Shown piece by piece: positions 48,838 through 58,353 of a stretch of 64,000 bases of DNA (the first letter of the stretch is position 1; the number at the start of each line of letters is the position of its first letter). The translations under genes were made by a program, and so were the position numbers. The DNA is taken from positions 44 to 64,043 of the forward strand of contig CAYWJX010000003.1 in assembly GCA_964459335.1 (NCBI GenBank), in the 5' to 3' direction. Source of the DNA: an uncultured Candidatus Saccharibacteria bacterium. Lineage in GTDB: Bacteria > Patescibacteriota > Minisyncoccia > Phycocordibacterales > SBAW01. Under the pieces are notes generated by a model, which worked only from the letters and a program-made list of their open reading frames with translations, did no database searches and had not been told where the DNA came from.

Positions 48838-50283
48838 TTAACATTGGCCGTAGTACAGGCTATTGCTCTGCATGGCGGCGGCATCGTGGCTACCGGTTAT
48901 CGTGTCGATGTCTTGCTGGAACTGCAGCTCATTGCAGAGCACCTGATTGCCGTAAAACTGGAGGCTTTTGTTGCCTGCATTTCCGCATCCGGCCAGGTAG
49001 CACATGGCCGCTTTAAACTCCGCGGCCGGAGTTTGAGCATCGGCGTTGTCGTCGGTTAAGTAAAGTGCCGATGCCATAAACGCGTCTTGCGGTATCCACG
49101 GATTGGGCGGCGTGTCGCCGGTGAGCGCGCCTACTCTGTCTTTGGAAGAGTCGTAATGATAATCGGGTTTTACATAACCCGCGTACAGCGCCCATGTTGA
49201 GGGAATAAATTGCGCCGGACCCATCGCGCCGCCCCATCCGTACCACGCTTTTGCCGAGACAGGCATCGTGGCGGGGTTAAGCCCGAGACTTTGCGTGATA
49301 GCCAAAAAGACGGGCACGTCGCGGGTGGGATTCATATCCACCGAGTAAGAGCCGGTGCCCACGTTGTTGCCCAAGTCGGACTCCTCTTTGATGATACCGA
49401 GCAAAAACGCGGGCCGGATGCCGGTTTTGGCGGCTGCCGCGTTGGCATAGTCGAGCGCTTTGCCAAACGGTATCGCCACCGAACCGTTGAGCTGGAAGAG
49501 TTCGGTGCGGATTTGTGCGGCGGTTTTTTGATTGGCGGTAATGAGCTTTTGATAGGCGGTCTCCTGACCCTTGGTTTCGGCAAGCAGTTTGTTTTCTTGC
49601 GTTTGCGAGGCCTCCACCTGCTGCTCTTGGAGCGCCTGCACTTGGCGCAGCTGCGACTCCTGCTCAAGCTGGGTCTCGAGCGCATCCTTTTCGGCTTGCG
49701 TGGCAACAGTGGTACTGCTGATTTGCGTAAACGATGCCTGCAAACTTTTATCTATCGAATCAAACGTGTCGAGGTCGGAAAAGAATTGTGAGAGGCTCTC
49801 CGACGAGAGCATCACCACCACCAAGCTGTCGCTCTCGAGTTGCTGTTTTTCGCGCATGATGCCGGCAAGCGAGTCTTTCTCGCCGTTGAGCTGGGTGTTG
49901 AGACCAAAAATAGTGTCTTGTTTATCACTGATGCTGGAGGTAAGTTGTTGTATCGTGAGGTCGCGCGCTTGTATGGCGAGCTTTGCCGATTTTATCTGCG
50001 CGTTAAGTATCGCAATAGTGTTTTGAAGCGAGTTACTTTGCGCCTCGGCTCCGCTTAAAATAGTTTGTTGCTGGGCAATCTGCGCGTTGATAGCGTCGAG
50101 CTGGGCTTGGAGCGAAGCTTTGTAGGCGGCGGTTTGGTCTGAGCCACTATTGTCGGCTAAAGCGGAGGTGTTACTCGCGCTCTGCGCGAGCGCGGTGTTT
50201 TTGGGAGCCTCTGTATTTACAACCGTTACGATAAGAGCAAAAAGTATAGAAGCGCCAATTGCTCGCGCCGCGTGTCTGGGCAT
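48838..50283 (-). CDS. Secreted coiled-coil protein with a C-terminal lytic transglycosylase-like domain
   Basis: A signal/TM segment, a long Gln/Leu-rich coiled coil, and a C-terminal domain with IIKEESDLG and GWGGAMGPAQFIPSTW (MltB/SLT_2-like). Confidence 0.65.
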   Translation of the reverse strand: MPRHAARAIGASILFALIVTVVNTEAPKNTALAQSASNTSALADNSGSDQTAAYKASLQAQLDAINAQIAQQQTILSGAEAQSNSLQNTIAILNAQIKSAKLAIQARDLTIQQLTSSISDKQDTIFGLNTQLNGEKDSLAGIMREKQQLESDSLVVVMLSSESLSQFFSDLDTFDSIDKSLQASFTQISSTTVATQAEKDALETQLEQESQLRQVQALQEQQVEASQTQENKLLAETKGQETAYQKLITANQKTAAQIRTELFQLNGSVAIPFGKALDYANAAAAKTGIRPAFLLGIIKEESDLGNNVGTGSYSVDMNPTRDVPVFLAITQSLGLNPATMPVSAKAWYGWGGAMGPAQFIPSTWALYAGYVKPDYHYDSSKDRVGALTGDTPPNPWIPQDAFMASALYLTDDNADAQTPAAEFKAAMCYLAGCGNAGNKSLQFYGNQVLCNELQFQQDIDTITGSHDAAAMQSNSLYYGQC

Positions 50284-50330
50284 CCTTTAAGTATATCAAA
50301 AAATAAGCTCTTGTTTAAAACGCGTGCATG

Positions 50331-50354
50331 AAAAAAGGCCGCGCGTACGCGGCC
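50331..50354 (-). terminator. Rho-independent terminator
   Basis: On the minus strand, GGCCGCG-TACG-CGCGGCC is followed by TTTTTT. Confidence 0.75.
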
Positions 50355-50361
50355 CCAAAAG

Positions 50362-50901
50362 TTACTCTTCATTATAAGAACTGCAGTGTCTGTTGTCGGT
50401 GCGGTCGACGAGTAACGGCCGCTCCTTATAGTTTAGAACATGTTCACCGGCGTAGACTTGGAAAAGAATAACTCCATGCCGTTGGCGGCCTTTGGTCTCC
50501 AATACGGCAAGCTCGAACTCCGCCATTGGTTCGATTTTGCGAACGTTAGCAATTGATGCCGCAATGGAACCCGTGAACATGTTTTTGCCGTAGCGATTGT
50601 AGAAGTTCTTGACTGAATACCGCTGCCACACGCCCGGCGGATGCTCGCCGAAAGACGAGATTATGTACAAGATGATAACGCTCACCACAATAACCTCGGC
50701 CACCGAGGCAACCTGAGGCCAATGCTCAAATCTGAATCGAGGGGCCAATAGCACAACCCCGACACAGGCCATCCACAGATAACACAGCACTCCGTTGGTA
50801 ATTAACTTCTTGAGCCACCACCATCCGTTAGGCGGCGCAAGCTGATGCTGTTGGACGCTCATGTACGTCTGGATATCAGCTGCTACGTAACGATTGGCCA
50901 T
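50362..50901 (-). CDS. Hypothetical membrane protein (179 aa)
   Basis: Two TM helices, a strong SD (TAGGAGG) 6 nt before the ATG, a TATAAT box upstream and its own terminator. Confidence 0.6.
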   Translation of the reverse strand: MANRYVAADIQTYMSVQQHQLAPPNGWWWLKKLITNGVLCYLWMACVGVVLLAPRFRFEHWPQVASVAEVIVVSVIILYIISSFGEHPPGVWQRYSVKNFYNRYGKNMFTGSIAASIANVRKIEPMAEFELAVLETKGRQRHGVILFQVYAGEHVLNYKERPLLVDRTDNRHCSSYNEE

Positions 50902-50964
50902 TGAAGCCTCCTAGTTGGAACCAAATCCGCCAAAACCTTACCACGCATTATATAAACTGACAAA

Positions 50965-50990
50965 CGAAAAAACCGCCCTTGCGGGCGGTT
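50965..50990 (-). terminator. Rho-independent terminator of rplY
   Basis: On the minus strand, AACCGCCC-GCAA-GGGCGGTT is followed by TTTTTCGTTT. Confidence 0.75.
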
Positions 50991-50996
50991 TCAATA

Positions 50997-51662
50997 TTAT
51001 TCTTTTGATTCGGCTTCGGTTGCGGGAGCTGATTCGCCTTCGGCTTCCTCTTTCTTGCCACGCTCCTCTGAGATGCCTATTGCTGAGATATCCACCGGTG
51101 CGGCTACTTCTACCGGCTCCTCTTCGGCAACCGAGATGAGCGCCACAACGTCATCCGGCTCGGCGGATATTTTTATGCTTGCCGGAAGTTTCAAATCTTT
51201 AATCAATATTTGGCTGTCGAGGTCGACGAGCGCGGAAATGTCGACCTTGATAGACGGCGGCAAATCTTTAGGCTCGCACTCAAGCTCGAGCTCGTGCATC
51301 ACTTTGGTAAGGATACCGCCCAGACTTTTAACCGCCTCCGAAGTACCCTCAAACTCAAGCGGCACCGACACGGTAACGGTCTGCCCTTTTTGTATCGCGT
51401 AAAAATCGGCATGGATGGGGAAACCCGAAACCGCGTCCGTCTCAACGGCTTTAATGAGCACGTCTTTGGAGACGCCGAGCCCTTTGAGCGATATCACTTG
51501 CGACTCGCCTGCGGCTTTAAAAACTTTCTCGAACTCTTTGCGATTGATAGTAATAGGCGCAGCCTCCTCTGAGCGGCCGTAGACAACCGCAGGCAAGGAG
51601 CCCTCATTGCGGAGGGTTTTTGAGCTTTTTTTAGCGTCACGCACTTCTACCGTTAATTCCAT
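50997..51662 (-). CDS. rplY: 50S ribosomal protein L25 (Ctc form) with an acidic tail
   Basis: LRNEGSLPAVVYG, two-domain Ctc length, and an E-rich C-terminus. Confidence 0.88.
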   Translation of the reverse strand: MELTVEVRDAKKSSKTLRNEGSLPAVVYGRSEEAAPITINRKEFEKVFKAAGESQVISLKGLGVSKDVLIKAVETDAVSGFPIHADFYAIQKGQTVTVSVPLEFEGTSEAVKSLGGILTKVMHELELECEPKDLPPSIKVDISALVDLDSQILIKDLKLPASIKISAEPDDVVALISVAEEEPVEVAAPVDISAIGISEERGKKEEAEGESAPATEAESKE

Positions 51663-51721
51663 AGGTTAGAGCCCAATATACCCGTTTTGCCTAAAATACG
51701 CAATACGGTACACTACCCGCC

Positions 51722-52201
51722 ATGGAAGACCTTTCCAATTACGACAAACTGCGTGAGGATGCCCAAAAGCTTTATATGACTACGCGGCCTGTCCACTCTC
51801 CGGCGTTGGGCGAGTATGTGTATTTTACCGCTGAGGGTTTTAATCACATTATATTTAAAGGCTCGCGTACCGAACGCGAACGACCATCGCAAATATCGCG
51901 TTTCAAACTTTTGCCTCGCGCCATCAAGCTTATAGAACTCTCAACAACCTACCAAGAATATGAAGAAACCCTTAAAGAGTTTGAGGTCAAAAGTTACAAG
52001 AAGAGGATTCTCAAAACAAAGCCGGTAAAATATTGGGGCATAATTGCAATCACAAACGGGCGTAAAATTAAAGTCATTCTCCGCAAGATTGGCGACAACG
52101 GACAGCTTCACTTTTGGAGTATCGTGCCCGCATGGGTTACAAACAAATACCGCGATGCCAAATTTTTTAGCACTATGAAAGGAAATCCAGAGCAGGATTA
52201 A
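51722..52201 (+). CDS. Hypothetical protein (159 aa)
   Basis: A clean ORF with normal codon usage. I could not recognise a motif with confidence. Confidence 0.5.
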   Translation: MEDLSNYDKLREDAQKLYMTTRPVHSPALGEYVYFTAEGFNHIIFKGSRTERERPSQISRFKLLPRAIKLIELSTTYQEYEETLKEFEVKSYKKRILKTKPVKYWGIIAITNGRKIKVILRKIGDNGQLHFWSIVPAWVTNKYRDAKFFSTMKGNPEQD

Positions 52202-52333
52202 AAAACAAAAAACACCACCCGCAGGTGGCGCTCTTTGGTGTGCCTGCCTTCGGCTTATGTATTAGCCGAATAGGGCTGACGCCCCACAAGCACCCCTCCA
52301 ATATAATACATAGGGAATGAACACGCAATGAGG

Positions 52334-53194
52334 CTACTCCCCCGCAAATAACCGCATTTTTTCTGTCAAGAAGACTTTCATTGCATCGACCGACGGCGCG
52401 AGAAATTTGTATGGAGCCACTTCGTCGCTCGTATTGAGCATGTTTTTAAGCGAGTCGCGGTAGGTTACGCGCAGTTCGGTATTGATATGTACCACCGCAA
52501 CACCCGCTTTAATGCATGCCGCGATGTCAGCCTCGGTATTGCCCGAGGCGCCGTGGAGTACGAGCGGGATACCAACCGCGTCGGAAATTTCTTTAACACG
52601 CGCCGCGTTGAGTGCCGGGTCTTTGGCGACGCCCACCATGCCGTGGATGTTGCCCACCGCCGGCGCAAAACAATCGACGCCCGTTTGTGTAACAAAATTT
52701 TTGGCATCGAGAGCGCCGGTCATCATCTCCGGCGTAAGCGCCGCACCCGCGGGGAGCTCGGTTAATATTTTAGACGACTGGCCGATGTAGCCGAGCTCGC
52801 TCTCGATGATGACATCGCGGCCACTTGCGCGCGCCAAAGCCACACATGCGGCGGCCTGCTTTGCATTTTCATCAAACGGTAACTTGGCACCGTCGAAAAT
52901 AACCGAGTCACACCCTGCGGCTATAGCCGCCTGTACTTTCTCCACACTGTAGGTGTGGTCGGCGTTCAAATATATATTGATACCCTCGGCATGGTATTGC
53001 TCGACAAGCGCTTTAGCGTGGGTAAGCGGGAAAAACTCGCGCTCGCCTTCCGAGAGGCCGGCGATAACGGGTAAACCGCTCTCTTTTGCGGCCATCGCAA
53101 TGGCCTTGAGTTGGTTGGAATCCGAAAAGTTAAAATGCCCTATCGCTTTGCCCGCCGCCCGGTACTGGCTAATGGCCTCCCTCAATGTTTGCAT
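52334..53194 (-). CDS. fba: Class II fructose-bisphosphate aldolase family protein
   Basis: Motifs AIGHFNF, NADHTYS, LVLHGASG and HINTEL. The start MQTLREA at 53194 was chosen over the extended ORF (53308). Confidence 0.85.
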   Translation of the reverse strand: MQTLREAISQYRAAGKAIGHFNFSDSNQLKAIAMAAKESGLPVIAGLSEGEREFFPLTHAKALVEQYHAEGINIYLNADHTYSVEKVQAAIAAGCDSVIFDGAKLPFDENAKQAAACVALARASGRDVIIESELGYIGQSSKILTELPAGAALTPEMMTGALDAKNFVTQTGVDCFAPAVGNIHGMVGVAKDPALNAARVKEISDAVGIPLVLHGASGNTEADIAACIKAGVAVVHINTELRVTYRDSLKNMLNTSDEVAPYKFLAPSVDAMKVFLTEKMRLFAGE

Positions 53195-53216
53195 CGTTCT
53201 AGTATATACTATTTGT

Positions 53217-54215
53217 ATGCAACCTATCGATTTTTTTGCTATCGGCGACATTGCGACCGAGCCTTTTATACGCCTCAAAGACGCCGATGTGCATTGCAAA
53301 ATTAACAACGAAGAATGCGAAATATGTATGCGTTGGGGCGATAAAATCCCCTACGAGTCGTTTACCATATGCGCCGCCGTGGGCAACTCGAGCAATGCGG
53401 CGGTTGCCGCCGCGCGGCTCGGGTTTAATTCGGCTTTGCGTGCGTATCTTGGCAAAGACCGTTACGGCGAAGACTCTTTGGGCGTACTTAAGGCCGAGCA
53501 TGTGGATACTACGTATATAGTGATCGACCCGACGCGGCCGAGCAATTATCACTACGTGCTGTGGTATGGCGATAGTCGCATCATTTTGGTAAAACACGAG
53601 GAGTACGACTACACCGTACCCGAGCTTGCATCCGCTCCAAGGTGGATCTATCTCTCCTCGCTCGCGGCCAACTCGTTGCCTTATCATCAAGCGTTGATTG
53701 AGTGGTTCAAACAATATCCCGAAAGCAAACTTACCTTTCAACCCGGAACCTTCCAAATGAAGCTCGGCGTCGAGGCACTCAAGCCGATATATGAACGAAG
53801 CGATTTATGTGTGTGCAACAAAGAGGAGGCCGAGCGGATTTTAAACAAGCCCACCGGCAGCGACATGAAAGAGTTGCTCTTTTCCATGCAGGCGCTCGGG
53901 CCGAAGATTGTGGTCATTACCGACGACAAGCGCGGTTGCTACGCTGTTGACGAAGCGGGCAAAGCGATACACGTGCCGCACTATCCGGATCCGCGGCCGC
54001 CGTTTGAGACTACCGGCGCGGGTGACGCGCTTGCTTCAACTACCACCGTCGCTTTGGCGCTTGGCAAACCTTTGGACGAGGCTCTGCGTTGGGGAACGGC
54101 AAATGCCGCGGCTGTGATACAAGAAATAGGCGCACAAAAAGGCCTGCTCACGCGCGAGCAAATCGAAAATGCCGTGGCACATCCGCCCGCCGCGTGGGAC
54201 ATAGAGGCTCTATGA
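53217..54215 (+). CDS. PfkB-family carbohydrate kinase
   Basis: The N-terminal motif FFAIGDIATE and the C-terminal TTGAGDALAS (PfkB signature 2). The start is at 53217; the upstream part of the ORF is antisense to fba. Confidence 0.8.
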   Translation: MQPIDFFAIGDIATEPFIRLKDADVHCKINNEECEICMRWGDKIPYESFTICAAVGNSSNAAVAAARLGFNSALRAYLGKDRYGEDSLGVLKAEHVDTTYIVIDPTRPSNYHYVLWYGDSRIILVKHEEYDYTVPELASAPRWIYLSSLAANSLPYHQALIEWFKQYPESKLTFQPGTFQMKLGVEALKPIYERSDLCVCNKEEAERILNKPTGSDMKELLFSMQALGPKIVVITDDKRGCYAVDEAGKAIHVPHYPDPRPPFETTGAGDALASTTTVALALGKPLDEALRWGTANAAAVIQEIGAQKGLLTREQIENAVAHPPAAWDIEAL

Positions 54216-54787
54216 TACTCACCATCACCGGACCCTCCGGCGTGGGCAAAACCACGTTGATGCACAACCTGCTCCAGTCATTGCCTAATGCTAAAACAGT
54301 TGAGAGTGTTACCACCCGTGCGCCGCGACCTACCGATGAGCCGGGCGAGTACCGGTATGTATCAGAAGAGGAGTTTGCCGCTAGTGCTAAGCGCTGCGAG
54401 TTTTTGTGGGAGGCACATCCGCACGGCAAAAGCTATGCCACCACAAAGAAAGCGATCGATGATGCACTCGCCAGCGACACTGTTTTTATATCGCCGCTTG
54501 TTGTTGGCGCAGTCGGTATCTTAACCGAGTATGCAAAAGTTCAAGGTAAAGAAGGCGCCGTGCGGTCGTTTTATATATGGACAGACGATATTGAGGAATT
54601 GCGCAGACGCTTCCACACACGCGCCGACATGACCGAGGCCGAAATTGAGCAGCGCCTCGAGGAGTGCCGCTCATGGAATGTTGAGGCAAAGGGGAGCGGC
54701 CTTTCGTTTATCTATTTGCAAGCCACCCATACCCCCGAAGAAATACTTGCGCACGCACTCACGTTGTTAACAGATCTGCCTAAATAA
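54212..54787 (+). CDS. gmk: Guanylate kinase
   Basis: MILTITGPSGVGKTTL, TTRAPRPTDEPGEYRYVSEEEF, and an ATGA start/stop overlap with the kinase gene. Confidence 0.8.
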   Translation: MILTITGPSGVGKTTLMHNLLQSLPNAKTVESVTTRAPRPTDEPGEYRYVSEEEFAASAKRCEFLWEAHPHGKSYATTKKAIDDALASDTVFISPLVVGAVGILTEYAKVQGKEGAVRSFYIWTDDIEELRRRFHTRADMTEAEIEQRLEECRSWNVEAKGSGLSFIYLQATHTPEEILAHALTLLTDLPK

Positions 54788-54803
54788 TTTACATAAAAAC
54801 TCC

Positions 54804-54823
54804 TGGCTTGATATATCAAGCCA
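54804..54823. repeat. AT-rich perfect palindrome (family B variant)
   Basis: TGGCTTGATATATCAAGCCA, 17 nt after the gmk stop. Confidence 0.85.
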
Positions 54824-54886
54824 TTTCTACTATGCTCTTCCTGTTCCACAATCTTGTTGTGTGCGTGGGTCAACACCACTCGCTTG

Positions 54887-54908
54887 ATGGATTGATATAT
54901 CAATCCAT
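54887..54908. repeat. AT-rich perfect palindrome (family B)
   Basis: ATGGATTGATATATCAATCCAT, ending 39 nt upstream of the 54948 ATG. Confidence 0.85.
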
Positions 54909-54947
54909 GTTTTAAACAATTACCAACTAGAACTATAGGTATACACT

Positions 54948-55364
54948 ATGAAAGTACGGGCAAAACAGCTACCAGGGAAACAAAAGATAGAAACGCTCGA
55001 TACGCTGTACACCGCGGCAGGTACGGTCCGAGGACGCAGCGCCATGAAATTGTTTTTGCGCGACTTGTTGACCGAAAGTGAGAGGATTATGCTCGGACGA
55101 CGCATTATGATTGCGCGCAAACTTATTGCCGGAGAGCCGCATAGAGACATAGAGGCAGAGCTTGGCGTTGGCAGAGACACCATTGGCCGCGTACAACGAT
55201 GGCTTTGGGACCAACTGCCCGGGTATGAACAGGCAATTGCAGAACTTGAAAAAGAATTTGAGAAGCGCAACTTCAAAAGACAGTTTGCGACAAGCGCGCT
55301 GTTTCGGCTCAAGAAAAAATATCCGGCACATTTTCTCTTATTTCCGCTCCTCAAGAAAAAATAG
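54948..55364 (+). CDS. TrpR-like (YerC/YecD family) helix-turn-helix DNA-binding protein
   Basis: FLRDLLTESERIMLGRRIMIARKLIAGEPHRDIEAELGVGRDTIGRV matches the YerC/YecD Trp-repressor-like pattern. Confidence 0.7.
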   Translation: MKVRAKQLPGKQKIETLDTLYTAAGTVRGRSAMKLFLRDLLTESERIMLGRRIMIARKLIAGEPHRDIEAELGVGRDTIGRVQRWLWDQLPGYEQAIAELEKEFEKRNFKRQFATSALFRLKKKYPAHFLLFPLLKKK

Positions 55365-55399
55365 CCCGAGTTGTCAGGCCGAAGTTGTCCATTGTAAAG

Positions 55400-55419
55400 T
55401 GGATTGATATATCAATCCA
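55400..55419. repeat. AT-rich perfect palindrome (family B)
   Basis: TGGATTGATATATCAATCCA, 36 nt after the 55364 stop. Confidence 0.85.
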
Positions 55420-55492
55420 TTACCACATGGTATGGAACTTGAAAACTTTCTTAATTACTTCAAGATCAAAGTCTCACTTTGTTACAGACAGC

Positions 55493-55663
55493 TTAGGGCG
55501 TTTGGGTTTCGGTTTGCATTTCCGTATACAAGGCATCGGCGATTGGGTTATGACCGGAAACTGCCTGCCAAATAATAAGCCACGCCCCTAGTGCAAAAGA
55601 ACCGACAAACAACACGCTCAAAAATAGATTTACCTGCGAGCTCCAAATAGTGTTTCCTTCCAT
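55493..55663 (-). CDS. Small membrane peptide (56 aa), uncertain
   Basis: MEGNTIWSSQVNLFLSVLFVGSFALGAWLIIW, with one TM helix. It lies directly downstream of the transketolase genes. The longer ORF form overlaps the tkt gene. Confidence 0.3.
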   Translation of the reverse strand: MEGNTIWSSQVNLFLSVLFVGSFALGAWLIIWQAVSGHNPIADALYTEMQTETQTP

Positions 55664-55673
55664 ACCGTTATGA

Positions 55674-56669
55674 TTACGAGCGCACGGCGCGTGTTTTGGC
55701 TCTACGTATCGCCTCTTTAATATGTGACACGCCGAGGCCGTAGTGCTCGATAAGCTCATCCGGTTTGCCGCTTTGCCCAAAACTGTCGTTGACGCCGATA
55801 AACTCAATGGGCACCGGAAACTCCGCGGCCAAAAGCTCCGCAACAGCGCTCCCCATCCCGCCGGAGCGTTGGTGCTCCTCGACCGTAACCACCGCACGCG
55901 CCTCTTTTGCGGCGGCGAGTATCGCCTCTTTGTCGAGTGATTTTATCGTGTGCAGGTTGTACACAATCGTATATATCTCGTGTTCGAGCTCTTTGGCGGC
56001 GTGAAGTGCGCGATATGCGAGCGGCCCGGTGGCAAACACCGCTACCTGCACCCACTGCGGCGACTCCCATAGCACCACTGCTTTGCCTATCTCAAACGGC
56101 GTCTCCGATGTGGTTATCAGCGGCGTCTTTTCGCGCGCGAGGCGGATGTACACCGGCCCATCGTAGGCCGCCGCGGCAAGCGTTGCTTTGCGTGCCTCCT
56201 CGGCATCGCATGGGTTAAGTACCGTCATGTTGGGTAAGACGCGCATGAGCGCGATGTCTTCGAGCGCTTGATGCGTGGCACCGTCGGGACCGACCGAGAG
56301 CCCCGCGTGCGAGCCGGCAATTTTTACGGGCACATTATTGAGCGCAATAGTCGTGCGGATTTGCTCGTTGTTGCGGCCGGGGCTAAAAGTGGCATACGAG
56401 GTGATAAAAGGAATCTTTCCGTAATTGGCGAGGCCTGCCGCAACGGTGGCCAAGTTTTGCTCGGCAACACCTATCTCGATGTAGCGCTCCGGATATTTTT
56501 CTTTAAACGGTAACACGCGCGTACTCTCGGCCAGGTCGGCGCACAACACCACCACGCGCGAATCTTTTTCGCCGAGCTCCACGAGGGCTTTGCCAAAACC
56601 ATCGCGCGTAGGCACCTGCTCCTTGCCCTCAAAGATATCCTCCCGTAGTTTTGCGTCTTTGTTTAACAT
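55674..56669 (-). CDS. tkt: Transketolase, C-terminal (pyrimidine-binding) subunit
   Basis: Motifs RDGFGKAL, IEIGVAEQN and GSHAGLSVGPDGATHQALEDIA. It follows the N-terminal subunit gene after a 2-nt gap. Confidence 0.9.
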   Translation of the reverse strand: MLNKDAKLREDIFEGKEQVPTRDGFGKALVELGEKDSRVVVLCADLAESTRVLPFKEKYPERYIEIGVAEQNLATVAAGLANYGKIPFITSYATFSPGRNNEQIRTTIALNNVPVKIAGSHAGLSVGPDGATHQALEDIALMRVLPNMTVLNPCDAEEARKATLAAAAYDGPVYIRLAREKTPLITTSETPFEIGKAVVLWESPQWVQVAVFATGPLAYRALHAAKELEHEIYTIVYNLHTIKSLDKEAILAAAKEARAVVTVEEHQRSGGMGSAVAELLAAEFPVPIEFIGVNDSFGQSGKPDELIEHYGLGVSHIKEAIRRAKTRAVRS

Positions 56670-56671
56670 AC

Positions 56672-57526
56672 TTATTGATGCTCGCTCTCGATTTTACCTT
56701 TGAGTGTGCGCAGTTCGTTTAAAAACTTTTTTGCCTCCTGGGGCGTAGGCGGCTTGCCGTGCCACTGATAGTCAAACTCTATCTCTTTGATGCCTTTGCC
56801 GGGGATGGTATGCGCGATAATCACCGTGGGTTTCTCAAAAATCGCTTTTGCTTCATCAACCATTTCGATAAATGCCGCGATATTGTTGCCGTCGCACTCG
56901 AGCACGTGCCAATTAAACGCCTCATACTTGGCACGCAAATTTTCGAGCGGCATGACATTCTCGGTCATGCCGTTTATTTGTATGTTGTTGCGGTCAATAA
57001 TCGCCGTGAGGTTGGAGAGTTCGTTCACGCCCGCAAACATCGCCGACTCCCACACGTTGCCCGCATCGTGCTCGCCGTCCGACATGGCACAATAGACGCG
57101 AAACTTTTTATTATCCATGCGTGCGCCGTAGGCAATGCCCGCGGCCTGCCCGAGCCCTGAGCCGAGCGGCCCCGAGGTAGTCTCAAGCCCCGGTAGGCGC
57201 GAACGCTCGGGGTGCCCCTGCAAACGCGAGCCAAATTTACGCAAGGTTAAGCACTCTTCAACCGGGAAATAGCCGGCATGCGCCATCGCGGCATAGCGTA
57301 CCGGCACGATGTGGCCATTGCTTAAAATCAACCGGTCGCGCTCATCCCATGCGGGATTTTTGGGATCGTGACTCAGAACATAAAAATACAAGGCGGCAAA
57401 AATATCGGCCATGCCCATGGGGCCGGCGGTATGGCCCGAGCCCGCGGCAACGAGCATCTCAATGATGGTCTCGCGGATTGCCTCGGCTTTAAGCTCCAAC
57501 TCTTGTAATTTTTCTTGCGTGAGCAT
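56672..57526 (-). CDS. tkt: Transketolase, N-terminal (TPP-binding) subunit
   Basis: Motifs GSGHTAGPMGMADIFAALY, LSNGH and SDGEHDAGNVWE. Confidence 0.9.
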   Translation of the reverse strand: MLTQEKLQELELKAEAIRETIIEMLVAAGSGHTAGPMGMADIFAALYFYVLSHDPKNPAWDERDRLILSNGHIVPVRYAAMAHAGYFPVEECLTLRKFGSRLQGHPERSRLPGLETTSGPLGSGLGQAAGIAYGARMDNKKFRVYCAMSDGEHDAGNVWESAMFAGVNELSNLTAIIDRNNIQINGMTENVMPLENLRAKYEAFNWHVLECDGNNIAAFIEMVDEAKAIFEKPTVIIAHTIPGKGIKEIEFDYQWHGKPPTPQEAKKFLNELRTLKGKIESEHQ

Positions 57527-57643
57527 GGGTTAGGTAAAAGAAATAACTTTTTTGGTCACCACAAATTTTTTGCTAAAAATTTGCTATGTCTCGGCTCAGT
57601 CAGCCTCGACTTATTGCCCTAAAAAGTTATTTCTTTTACCTTA

Positions 57644-58348
57644 TTATTGTATCATCCTGTTTGCTTCGGCTTGGAGTTCTCTAATCGCGGCAACGGGGTC
57701 GCTTGCCTTAAAAATGGCGGAGCCGACCACAAGGCCGGTGGCGCCGGCTTTGACAATCTGGTATGCGTTATCAATCGTGACGCCGCCATCCATCTGGAGC
57801 GGCAGACTTGGATAGCGCAAGCGCAGGCGCTCAAGCAAGTGAAGCGCGTGCACATCAAACGGCTTGCCTTGGAACCCCACTTTTACAATGCCCATCACTT
57901 GCACGTAATCAAACTGCGCTTCGAACGGCTCCAATATATCGGGTTGTGCCGTGCACGAGACGGCAATGCCCACTTTGAGCGGCAGAGTGCCGGTTTCTTC
58001 GCGCAGGTCAACCAGTTTTTGCACCGCGTGCAGTGCGCCGTTGCTCTCGGCATGCACCACTATGCGCAACGCTCCGGCGTGCACAAACTCCATCACGCGT
58101 TCCTCGGGGTGCTCCAACATGAGGTCAAACTCAAAATCAAACTTGTCCCACAGCGGCAAGCCGTGCTCTTCTTTTACAATGTTTGCAAACGTACTCTCAT
58201 CGCGGTAGGGCCACGTGCGGTTGCGTGCAAACACGCCGTCGACTACGTCAATTTGCACGCACGTCACCGGCGCTCCTTTTATACGTTCAGTGTGCCCGGC
58301 AAGGTCTTTAAAATTTTTGGGCAATACCGCCGGCAGTATCTCAATCAT
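57644..58348 (-). CDS. rpe: Ribulose-phosphate 3-epimerase family protein
   Basis: Motifs VQIDVVDGVFA, VVHAES, VQVMGI and LQMDGGV. It is divergent from the canonical Rpe. Confidence 0.7.
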   Translation of the reverse strand: MIEILPAVLPKNFKDLAGHTERIKGAPVTCVQIDVVDGVFARNRTWPYRDESTFANIVKEEHGLPLWDKFDFEFDLMLEHPEERVMEFVHAGALRIVVHAESNGALHAVQKLVDLREETGTLPLKVGIAVSCTAQPDILEPFEAQFDYVQVMGIVKVGFQGKPFDVHALHLLERLRLRYPSLPLQMDGGVTIDNAYQIVKAGATGLVVGSAIFKASDPVAAIRELQAEANRMIQ

Positions 58349-58353
58349 AGAGG

